Shown: positions 24,372 through 36,300 of the stretch, in pieces | How positions within the stretch are numbered: the first letter of the stretch is position 1 | Layout: each line of letters starts with the position of its first letter | NCBI GenBank assembly: GCA_002633005.1 | Contig: NMRA01000514.1 | Location: 62,001 to 126,000 of the forward strand | From: Phoronis australis | Lineage: Eukaryota > Animalia > Phoronida | Length of the DNA stretch: 64,000 nt | Direction: 5' to 3' | Made by a program: the position numbers and the translations under genes | Notes under the pieces: generated by a model | Seen by the model: only the letters and a program-made list of their open reading frames with translations | Database searches by the model: none | What the model was told of the DNA's origin: nothing

Positions 24372-27300
24372 CTAAAAAGAAAGAAACGGAAAGGTTGAAC
24401 AAACAAGGATAACAGAGGACAGTTAACGGTATAAATACACGGGAGTTCATTGGACTGCTATAACATATAATGTAACACAAATTTCTCTACGGAATTTGTT
24501 CAGGAAAGTCTCAACTTTTGTGACCTTCCTTCTACATGTAAGAAGAATATGTTATCGATGCTGCAATCGTCGACTTTTCACGAAAATTTATAGTCTAAAA
24601 ATGACATATTGCACGTTCATTTGTTAAATACATGACAGAGTTGTCTCTTCACAGCGTCAATAGACACTTGCTCGTTCTCCTGTTACGTCATTAGGAAGCT
24701 GTTTCTTTAAGAGCCCTATGCATATTGTCTAAAAATCTCTACAGTTTGCTTAGCGTGTTTCATGAAAGCACGTTAAGGATAAAGGGTACAAGACCTGTTT
24801 ACAACTCGAAGCCTGCTCAGAAGCAGGCTAAAAACCGAAAGTGAAAAGTCCGTACTGCTGGGTATGCGTAGTCAGATATCTGATTTCTAATTAAAGTTAA
24901 GTGACACAAAGGCACAAGACTCTTCGAGAGATATACTCATAAAATCCAAAGAGCAAAGTAAAGTAGACCACAAAGATTCCCGGACATTTTACAAAGAAAA
25001 GCTGAATATTCTGCGATCTCGAGCGAGTACATGTCCATTTAGACCTCAGATAGACCACACTATCACGAAGATCGTTACCAAACTACCATGACGTGCGTGT
25101 GGAGACTACTCATTCAGTCAGTGTTCGGTAATGTTTCACACGCTTGTTCAAATGAGCCACATGTAGTTCCTTCTGCAGTGAGGCGGGCCAACGGGGTGTC
25201 GGAGTGCTTAACGCCCTTATAAAGAACCGCAATCAATGCTAAAAACGTTTTGTGTCTAACCAAGGGCCCGTTTAACGGGGAGCCCATAGGCGTTCGTCTC
25301 GCCAATCTAGCTGTCAGTCAGATAAGCGACTACAGATTTCTGTCCGACTTCGAGTTAGTCATAGACAGATTTTCTGACTTTCAGCCTTAGTCCGATTTCC
25401 GTAGAAAGGCGAATCCACCCATGGACGATTTTTAACCGAAAGGCAAAAATCAATTGACAGTTCGATACAAACATGCCAGGAAAATTTTCTGTTTTAGAAA
25501 ATCGAGAAAGATGACCGGTCACAATTTCTAAGGGGTAAAAGGTTGCAAAATCCAGGGGAAGGAATGGTGTCGGCGGTTTCTATTGGCGCTTTCTGCCTTT
25601 TTTTTGCTCGAGCCTGGAATGAACAATACGTAACCAACCCCATCGAGGAAATAAAGGATCCGCCGCTGGCTTGGTTTAAGTTCTTGTTTCATAGAGCGGA
25701 CCCCGGCATCCCAATGAAAGGAGTACAGTTAGCTAGAGATCTCGTGAACTCGCAAATATCGATACTATAAAACAAATATTGTAACCACTTTTGAATATTC
25801 GTAGCTGTCAAAACGTCTGTCAACCAAACATGAACAAAGGAAGAGTGCAATTTTACAGCAAAGAAGCCTTCGTCTGCTGACATGGAGTTCACGTGCAAGG
25901 TGACATCGTTAGCAATGGCGTAAGCTACACAAAAAAGTTGCCTAGGTCTAAACGGAAACAGGTGAAGTATACAGAACAACAACGACGACGCTATCGCGAA
26001 CCAATAGGAACCTGTCAGGCAGCGCAACAACTGAAAACTTAGGGAAAACAAAAGTACGACGAATCGTAGCAATGAACGACATCGAAAAGACACAAAAAGC
26101 GTGTGCGAGAGAGAGCGACCCATACGTTTGTAATCACATCCCTTGATAAGGAGAAGGACACAAATTGTCCCACTCCAAGGACGTGTTAGAACTTGCCCGG
26201 CTTGATAAATTGCTGTCGGGCAGTAACCCGTAAGAAAGACGACGATTTTTCTCGTCGCCGTCTGGACGGCAACCTGCACTATGATGTCTTTTTCTGTCGC
26301 CATTTTCAACTTTGCTTTGAGCGATATTTCTGGTCCATATGGCGTGAAGAAATTGAGATGGCCCATTTAGTTTTGAGCCCTTGTCCCTGAGAAAAGAGTA
26401 CATGTAAGCTTGGCAATGAGAACCATTGCCAGTCTCACTTGAACACAGATTGTCGACAGCAGTGTGATTAAATGGCTGTCGGAATTCTAGCTTTGCATCA
26501 TTGATTATAGGAATTGGCATTGTGAAAGGTACGTCGGTGCAGCTTGTCAAACATTCACAAATTTTGCATTCAGCGCTAGAATCTTCTTTACGGCACGGAT
26601 ACACAGCGACCCAAGTGTCGCTTGACTTTACATTATCAGCAGAAGATCCAGCAAGGACAGCTGCAGGAGACCGAAGTTTGCTTACGCACAATGTGCACTT
26701 AATTGAATTACTTTGACAACTTTCGGAATTTGGCACACGCATTTGACAACCAATTCCATTTACACAAGTACAACAGTTGCTGCACCGCTCTGACAACACG
26801 TGAGAATATAAGGAATGCGTAGTTTCACTACTCTCGTCATCGCTCCCATAAAGCACGTGAAGGTGGCTCGCGAGATATGGCGAGACATATGCTGCACCGG
26901 AAGCAGCGAAGTGACCTACATCTCCGCTCGAGTTCAGGAGCATGGTGACGATCTGGGCACCCATTCCCCAAGTATCCAGCTCGGTATCCATGTCGAACTT
27001 TGTAGCGTTCTTCTTGTCATTTTCTTTGCCTCCCTTCTTGTAGAACTAGAATCATAAGAGGTCGGAATCGTTAAAAGGATATTAAGCCTGCTTTATAGCC
27101 ATTCAACAAACAAGAACTACGACATGTATCGCTTGAAGTGCCCGTCAAAAATGTTAATTGATGACACTTCGATTGGTTTCAAATTGGTAGTCAAACGAGA
27201 AGTGATTGCTGAGCCCTGGAAAATTGACAGTTCGGTATTGCTAAAGACCATGCTTGTCATATAAAATGACACGCGGTGACAACACAATTTCTCGACCCTG

Positions 27301-30300
27301 ATCCCATAACGTAACAAACTGTTAGGGTTTCCAAGAATTGTCTCCATTCACGACGGAATAATTCTTTTGGCATATTAGGCTTATCGCTTAGGAAGATTCT
27401 GATGGCGAAGCAGTCACGAACAATAAGACTACCTTCACTGAAAAGTCGGACTTTCGTGTATTTTAAACCTTTGAATGGTAGGCCTTAATGCCAACAAATG
27501 TTTAGCAGAGTGACTAGTATGCCTACTGCCTCGACTCCTATTGTTAGTGGGAGACACTACGTACTGAACATAGTGAACCCATTTACTTCCCGAGACTAGT
27601 GAAAGGAAAGTTTTGTCAGTGTCAGAAGTATTCCATACTACCAGACGTCTCACTCGCACAAGTTTTAGAACATTTTCTTCGAAAAATTAAACTTACTCTA
27701 ATCTTGCTTCCGGGAGTCTCCTTCTTGCTCAGGACAATCCCGTTCGGTATCTTGAAGTTCGTTACCTTTCCGTCAATGTTGCGAGAGATAGAGTAGCCGT
27801 CCATTTTGAAATCTTCCTGCAGAAAATAATGGCATCAAAGCGCTCCATTAGGAACGTGTATGTTGTCAAGTGCAAATAACTAACACCTTGTCCACGATAT
27901 CACTAAGTCATTTACCTTCGCCGGGTTTCATGACATAGCCAACCCATTGCATCCCACTGCAAAGACCTAGTATGATGTCTGATGTTCAATCTACACATAG
28001 GCGGATTCAGGGGGAAGGGAGCCGACCTAGTTGGCTGACATTGCGAAATTAGGTCACTCCTGCTATGCGTTGAATCGCGCCTCAGCCCTACTATGGCCAG
28101 AATCTGGTGTCTGCTTTGTCTTCATTAATCCGAGGAGAGGATTCAATCATGATTATTTACGGTATTTTAAAAAAGTTCCAGCTAATATTTTCATTGAACC
28201 TGAAGACTTAAGTACGCACGTATAACAATTGGTGACACACAGTGCCGGACGACGAATTATACACGGACAGCTCTTAGCTAGAATGTCATATTTATGTTGG
28301 CTTAGCGACAAATTGTGAGTGCCATTGCCACGTGTATGAGAGCTTTAGGAATGTACGTACACCACGGCAGTTGCATCATATTTAGAGAAGCCGTAAATCA
28401 AAGGAGAGTTTAACTTGAAAGCCAACTTACCCGACCGCTGTTCTCGATTTCAACGAACTCGCCCAGCTTTCCAGTAGCGCAGATGGACACAGGTCCTTTA
28501 GCTGTTCTGGAGTAGGTGGTCTTAGCTTGCATCTCTCCTTTCATGACTTGTTGCACTTTTTTAGTCGTAGTGGTTTTTGAAGTCATGGTACCCGAACCGC
28601 CGCCGGAAATGGTCATGCCGCCACCACCGCCGCCGGAAATGGACATGCCGCCGCCACCGCCGCCGGCAGACATTGATGTTTCAGACGAAGACGATTCAAC
28701 AATGTGTGGTTCGGATGATTCAGTCATCGATTGATGCGAGTCGATGAAAGAGGAGGAAGAAATACCGGAAGCTACATTAGTTTGTGGTTCCCATGGTTAC
28801 ATCAAGTCAGTTGAAATGAAGTCGTTTAATGAAAGAAAGAGAGAAAAGAACAAGAAAGCAAAATTAATTCAACCGTGAAAGAAGCCATTCTTAAGCAAAG
28901 CTCTTGTAGCTACCATGCAGCAGGTGCACTTGGGTGTTTTAAAAGTGCACAGTTATTGGTGACGTCAGCTGAAAGTACCTACAAGAAATGATTTGTCAAG
29001 CACTCGGTAGTCTCGGAACGAAGGAAATATTACTCACCAAGTAGCGCAGAGTCAATGAAAGGTAAGCGATGGAATAAGAGAAAAATAATGCATTAATGTT
29101 GTGAAACAGGTGCAAGACGAAAATGTCCACGGCTGTGAGATATTGGCATTCCAAGTAAAATCTTAGAAAGCTGATAGAAATCAATTACCACTCACTGTGA
29201 TCGTAAAATATAACATAACTAGGTGCCAAAGAGCTAAATGTTATACTACGTCATTGGACCATTTTCGATGCCCAATACAAGTAAAAGTGTCCCCAACTTG
29301 ACAGAAAAACAGCAGAGCATCTTAATGGGTTGTCCAAATAGCCCTATTGCAGGTAAGTACTGTTAATGAAAGATCTGGATAGATTGTCAGATAGCTACTC
29401 ACCAAAGACAGTGTGTTACCAATGAGAGAGCAGAAAAGAGAACATTTTTCATATAGTATAAATGAAATTCAACATTGGTTACGCATGATAAGAGTTGCAG
29501 TAAAATATGAGGTAAATTAATTATTGACAAAATTCACCAATTAGCCACCAGAAAAAGTTTGTTGCTTGTCGTAACAATTTGGTTTGAACAAAATACTATC
29601 CGCTATACTGAAAACTGATAGCTGGTAAAGTATCCTAACTTAACAACATGAACACGTCAATACATGGATCCGGCGCGATTTGACTGAAAAGTACGTCTCG
29701 TCGCACAGAGCAAAACAAATACTCCCATCTAAGCAGTCGTAGCGAATAAATGCAACGTATTGGCAACTAAATCTAAAATTAAACTCAAACTTTGTAATCC
29801 AAAGATAGCTTGAGGATAGAGAGCTGGCCGAGGTATTAGGTCCACTCGTAGCTACCAAGGGTTAGATTAGTGGAAAACACTCATGCATGAGTTATAGTAG
29901 TGAAGGAATACAACAGATCATGCTGCATACATATATTCTGTAATACATAGACTCCGTTACAGCTTACACCAGGCAATTTAAAACAAAATTAAGAACAATT
30001 AATCGCTATTTAAAACGTATAACATATAGATGACGTTTGAATAAAACCATTTAAACTCAAACTTTAAAGTAACGTTACTTGATCAAGTGTAACTATCCAC
30101 GTGCAGTTTAGTAGTCAAATAATTGGCGAAGTTTATTGTAACTCGCTTAAAGCAGGTGCGAAGCAAGAAAATTACACAGAAGCGTTATCAGACGACTAAA
30201 CACGTCCACACCAAAGTCAGACCGCATAAGATGTAAGGTTGTGTAAAACTACAATAGCATCGGTTTAGCCGAAGTTTCGCTATGCATCTTGGAGTGGTGT

Positions 30301-33300
30301 TTCATGAACTACATACTCGGTTTTTTCTCGGGTTGATTTTGAACTGTCGAATCTAACATTGCGCTAAGCAGGTCAACGTCACCGGGATCGTTGCGGCTCC
30401 GATTTCTGTTGTCGTTGTCTGCAAGCCTAGCGGAGGAACAAGTAGAGCTACTTTAAGCAAAAGGGAACAGAAGTCAAGGCATAGGAATAGCAAGTAAGGG
30501 CCACGGGCCCAAAGCAACGCGTAAAAAATTGGGATTGGTTAGCGGAAGTCACGTAACAATTAAATCTCCATTAGCTTTGGGAAGTCATTTCATGGACAAT
30601 GACATTTTTTGAAAGGGAGAAATTTTGTCAACGGAAACGAAATTTTCCACTTGACACGACGTGTCTTGACAAGTATGCAGTTGTGCGTAAATAAATAAAA
30701 CAAGAGATTGTTAGATTACGTGAGTCCAAAAACCAACCCCAGTCAAACTGAAATAAATGGCAAGGAAACTATACATGCATACACTCTAAGCAGAGGTGGG
30801 ATACTGTTACGAAATGACCACAACAAGCAATCAAGCACGTGACATGTGACAACATGTAATTATCTAGCGACATCTGGTGTACCGTCGTCGGGCTTCTCGC
30901 CACCAGACTGAGCAGCAGAACCAGACTGGCCAGCAGAACCAGACTGAGAACCAGAACCAGACTGGCCAGCAGAACCAGACTGGGAACCAGAACCAGACTG
31001 GCCAGCAGAACCAGAATGGGCAGCAGAAGAGGAGGCAGACTTAGAAGCGTTATCGTTATTGGCCAGTTCCCCTCTGCCACCGTCACGTGACATTCGGGAA
31101 GAACCGCCGGCTGCGTTCCTTTCACTTTCGTTGAGGAGCCTGTAGAGGAATATGCTTCAGGTGAGATACTATACGCTAATGAAAAGCTCAAAGAAGAAAT
31201 ACATGTGAGACAGTGAGAGCAGCATGTCTGTATTTAACTGATGTGACTAACATTTCAGCAAAATCGTCTCATTAACATTCAGATTTGTTCAATAGATGAA
31301 GGAAGATTAAAGCTCGAACTGAATGAGTTGCGGATTAAATTGTAGAATGTATTGTCAACTAAAAAGTAGCAACCCTTGTCTGAAGCTTGTGCACCTTATT
31401 CCGGCAGTAACATTTTACTAGGTTGTCACAGAGTAAAATACAGAAAGCAACACCGTCACTATCCCACGAGGACATCCAGCGCCACCATAGGACCAGATGC
31501 AAGTCATGAGACCGCCTCCAACAGCGAGAGTGCGAGCAACAATGAGCCAGCAGTCACTTACAATCGCCGTCTCCAGCACCGCTGCCGCTCCCGCTGCCGC
31601 TGCCTCCGCCGCCGCCGCCACCACCTCCCATCATGAATGCGAGACTCTCGCCGCCGGCGCCGCCAGCACCACCGGCACCGCCGCCATACATGATGCCGCC
31701 GCTGCCGCCAATTCTGTTACACAATTTAAATAGATTTACTTGACGTGTTCTGATAGAAACAGATCCAAGTCAATCATTTCACAAAAAGCATCGTCTTTAG
31801 CAGCCACTATTCGATCTTCTATGACCCATTGATCATTCAACGACGCGTTTGCCTGAAATCTTCAAACCTTAGCATGCTATGAAAACTTTGCTGCAAGAAA
31901 AAATACTTAATTAGTTAAGCAAATCCATAACACGTGTTAGTAAGGAACGGCAAAATGCAAGGAAATGTTTTAACACACGATGCTCGGATGACAGGACATT
32001 GCGTCTGCGCACATTTAAGGTCTAACTATGTGAATCCTTGTAGCAAATTCCAGGGGTTAGTAGGCAAATGTCTACGGACACTAGGGCCTACTCAAGCACC
32101 AAATTAAGGTCCTTACATTCACCGGATGACGCGTCACCGCCTCCAAGAGTAAGCGAGGCTGATGCAAAGGCCTGGTTGGACGACGAAGACATACTCTGAC
32201 TGTATCCAGACGACATTCCTCCGGAGGAAGACATGCCCCCACCGTATGATGATACACCACCAGAGCCGGACGAAGCCATGAACGCGGCAAGGCCGCCGGC
32301 ACTCTCGCTCATGGAACTCAACCTGCCATAAAACTTATGCGTGTTGTACCATTGCCGCAAGATATAATAACGTAAACAATGTTCGCCTCAGCATGCCTCA
32401 GAAGTGTCCTAACACGAAATGCGTATAGGAGTGCCAGCTCACCCGACTGCAAAACACTGAAACTGAACAAGCTGAAACAGACAAACAATTGCGGCGACAT
32501 CCACTGAAAACGTTTATTGGTACAATTCTGAAAAGCAGCGACAGACGCAGAACAAAACAGCTTTCATTGTCATTGTTGGCGGGTCTGAAAACGAGCAAGG
32601 GCTGCCATGCGCGATCATTCCACGCGAAACGCGGTACACAAGTGCATGCGTTGAGATTCACACGCTGCAACCACGCGATACCTTCACTTGGGAAGTCCTG
32701 CATGGTCATCATAGCCTGTACGTCATCGAAACCCCCGGCACCCCCACCACTAGATGACGAGTAGGTGTAAGAGGTCGATGAAGAAGAACCTCCGCCGAAA
32801 CCACCAGCGCCACCACCGCTACCGCCGCCTCCGCCACCGAACATGGCCGACACTGCAAAGCCCGGATGTAAACCCTCATAGGTACAAGAAGACTGTGCAG
32901 ATCAGTTATAGATTGTGATTTAAAATTGAAATCGTATGCATAAACATGATTTGATGTCTTTACCAACCAGCTTAATTCTGGATGTGATATCAAAGGAATT
33001 GTCCCAACTAAAAAATTAGGGCCTACCAAAACACCTACATGTAGTTATATGAACTGATTTCCGTATCCCATGCAACTACAGTTAAACTGCAGAGTACCTC
33101 AGAAAAGAACAAAAACGCATTCGAATAAGCATGAAATCATTCTTACATCAGCATAGCGAGTGGATCCCGGAACGAAGCTACGATCGGCAAAAAATCCGAT
33201 TTTCCAAAATAAAAGTAACCAAATCTCTTACGTATCCAAGAAGTGTTCTTACCCGCTACTGGATTTCTCAATAAGACGCCTGCATCGATAGTAAAAAAGC

Positions 33301-36300
33301 AAATGAGTTAGCAAAATTGTATACAAGTAAAACACGATGACAATATCAACCATGGGGCAAAGACTGGGGCAAGGGTCAAACTCGACCTACTTGCGCCTTG
33401 TTCTTGTCGGTTCGTCATCCACTCTTCGACCATAGTTGGGTAACCAAGTTTGTTCAACCTAACGATAACAATTGTTATGAATATAGTAAACAATTCTCCC
33501 AAAATCCGGGTGTCTGGAATAGAAAAGCCAACAAAAGCCACAAACAGCGCCATGTTTTAAAACAATTGATACATGACTGCTGTGTTAAGTTGCTTAAGTG
33601 GATTTACGCCTTTTGACTCTACGGGGGCTGAATTTCTGAACTTTGCCAGACGAGGGGCTGATTGTGGCTTTGCAAAGAGCGTTAGACCCGAAAGCTTATA
33701 AAAACTAAACGTCAGAGGGTGCAAACAGATCCAAGTGTTTGAAGAAGACACACTTGTATTCCACTGGAATGAAAGAGCGAGAAGAAATAATTTAATGTCG
33801 CTACAAATTCATCTTTTCAGAATAAACATTTGAAAATATGTACTTCAAGCTTGAGCATGGAAAATGTGAACATGTGTAAATTTAGAACAATTAAAATGCG
33901 CGTTGGCAAAAACGCCAACATCTTTTCAAGCCTTTGTAACGTCAGAGGATTCATCATTCCCCTTGCGCTTATACCAAAAATTTCCCACTTTCTAGAACAT
34001 GTTTCACTACATTTTGAAGAGCGACATGGCATTTTAGTGGCCGACAAAAGTCGTCAAAGCTTACCTGCTCTCCTCTCCTTGCAGCATTAGCCTGTACGCC
34101 GATATCTCCAGTTCCAAGGAGAGCTTGGCGTCGGTAACCCTGTCCAAGTTGGCCATCAGCTGCTCCAGGCCAGCACGCAGCTCGGCAATTTCTTGCTACA
34201 AAAGCAATAAGAGTAAAACTCAAAATCATGCCCAAAGTAAAAACCTTGATAAGATTTGGGCAGCCTGAATTTGAGCATTCAAATGCTTACATTATCAACA
34301 GCATTCCCTAAGGGCAGTACACCCAACGGGGTGTTATCATTCAGTGAAACCACAACTTCCGAAACAGGGAAATTTCAAAGATTCAGCTTACCTCCTTTCT
34401 CGCCATCTCGGCGTCCCAGTCTCGCTGCTTCTGGTCCATTTCGTTCAGCAGATCTTCGTACAGCTTCTTGTACTTAGCAAGCTGAAAGCAGTAACAGGGC
34501 AGCATGAGATAACAAGTAATCCCACTCGGGTAAAAGCTCCCATCGCAATCCATATCTAGCCGCTGTACAGACAAAACTAGGCTAATGCTAACTTGCAGCT
34601 GAGATATGGCTTCTAAAAGCACAAGTAACTGCAAAAGACGAAGTATCTAACGGTATATAACAGAATATGGAAATATCCGGTATTTTTACACATTGACTTC
34701 GCCTGAGCATCTCATTGCCAACTCGCTGTACGGCTGAAAACAATCGTAAATCCGTTACTTACTTCTGCCTCGGCAGCAGCTAGTCTCTCGTTTTGGTCAT
34801 CCAGTCGGTTCTGCAGCGTTCTGTTGATCTCAGTCAAACGAACGACCTCAGTGTCCTTGCGAGCGTTGCCGGTGCTGAACTCCTGCATCTGAAGTAGACA
34901 AAAGATTTCAGTGGTCAAGTTTGCACCTTTTAATAGACAAGATAAAGATCGCTTGTGTGGCGCTTATCAATAACATTATATCCAAAATTCTGCAGCAATT
35001 TAAAAAGTCTTTTTTCCAAAACCTGGCTTGAAAATAGCGATAATCTGGCATATGTATCGGAAATCCAAATAGGTGTTACCACTGGCATTAAAAAGTCGAA
35101 TAACTATACACGCGACGACATTGACACGAGAAGGGAAACAATAAAGTGTACTGCAATCTATGTTCACCATTAAAGTATTAGAGCTCACTAACCTTGACAT
35201 TATAGAATGCCTCGCTCTGACTCCTGACGGTGTCCAACTTGCGGTCGTATTCCTCCTGCAAGTCCCGGATGACCTTGGACAATTCGTCCTTCCAGTAGGA
35301 GCGGTTCTCCTCCGTGGTGTCGCGGTAGGCAAGGGCGGCAAGGTCCTTCAGCTCCTGGTGAAGAATTTAGTGAAAAAATGATAAAAATGTCACTATTAGA
35401 GTGGCCAATCCTTACACAGGTTATTCATGCCTCCTGTCTACTGAACTTGTTCCATTTTATGTCTTCTGTTCCATTTCTCTTGTCACAGTAGACTGGCTCT
35501 ATACTTTCAAACATTCAAATCTCAAAAATCGGCGAGGCAGTAAATTGATGAAATTAATATACATAGTGGCATTTATTAGTTATCACAGGGATACGAATGC
35601 ATCACAGAAGCGTTATAAAATCAAATGCAGTATTGTGTCATACTGTACGTTCCCATCCTTTTGGGCTTATAAGTCACCTGATACAAATTTACGGCAATCC
35701 AGTGCCTTAATTAAAGTCTTCTCAAAAGCTTCGGTATAATTCAGAATTACGTATTGAGGGAAAGATACACTTTTGTTTGTGAACCTGAAAACGGTGCCGT
35801 CCTGGAGTTTTGTAAAGAATTGGTATGCAATCAGCAACTTTCTCCAAAAATACTACTTATGAGAAATGACAAGTCATCAATGGTCTGCAAGTAACGTAGA
35901 AGGCTAGACCAAGAGACCATGAGGCTCCGCTGAGGGATCACTAGCGAAGTTGAACAGAAAATGGGTGAAACGTAGCTGAAAATCAACACGATGCAAACCA
36001 CAAACAGCAGTGTGCTGCAAACGATGAATTGAGTGTGTGTCGTCACGCCTTACGACGGCATTTAGTTTTGCACACAGGCGGTGCAGCCAGACGTACCTGT
36101 TCCATGATTCGCTTCATGAATTCAAACTCTTCCTCCAACGACTGGCATCTGTTCTCGGCATCAACACGAGCAAGAGTCTCGTTGTCAAGGTCCTGCAAAT
36201 AGAATGTATTAACACATTATGGTGGAAAATGGTGAACTAATGCACTGCTTCTTTCGAGAGCTATTTTCAGGTCAAACCAGTAAAATAGTTTTATTTTCGT

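Noticed and set aside
24617-25172. Further alternative IF terminal exons (ENEQVSID... from 24679; KELHVAHL... from 25172)
   Set aside because: Weak acceptors and short ORFs that do not resemble the expected final strand; no better than chance.
29032-29450. Additional IF exons at two strong GTGAGT donors (near 29037 and 29402)
   Set aside because: They follow pyrimidine tracts without a suitable nearby AG; no frame-compatible exon could be built.
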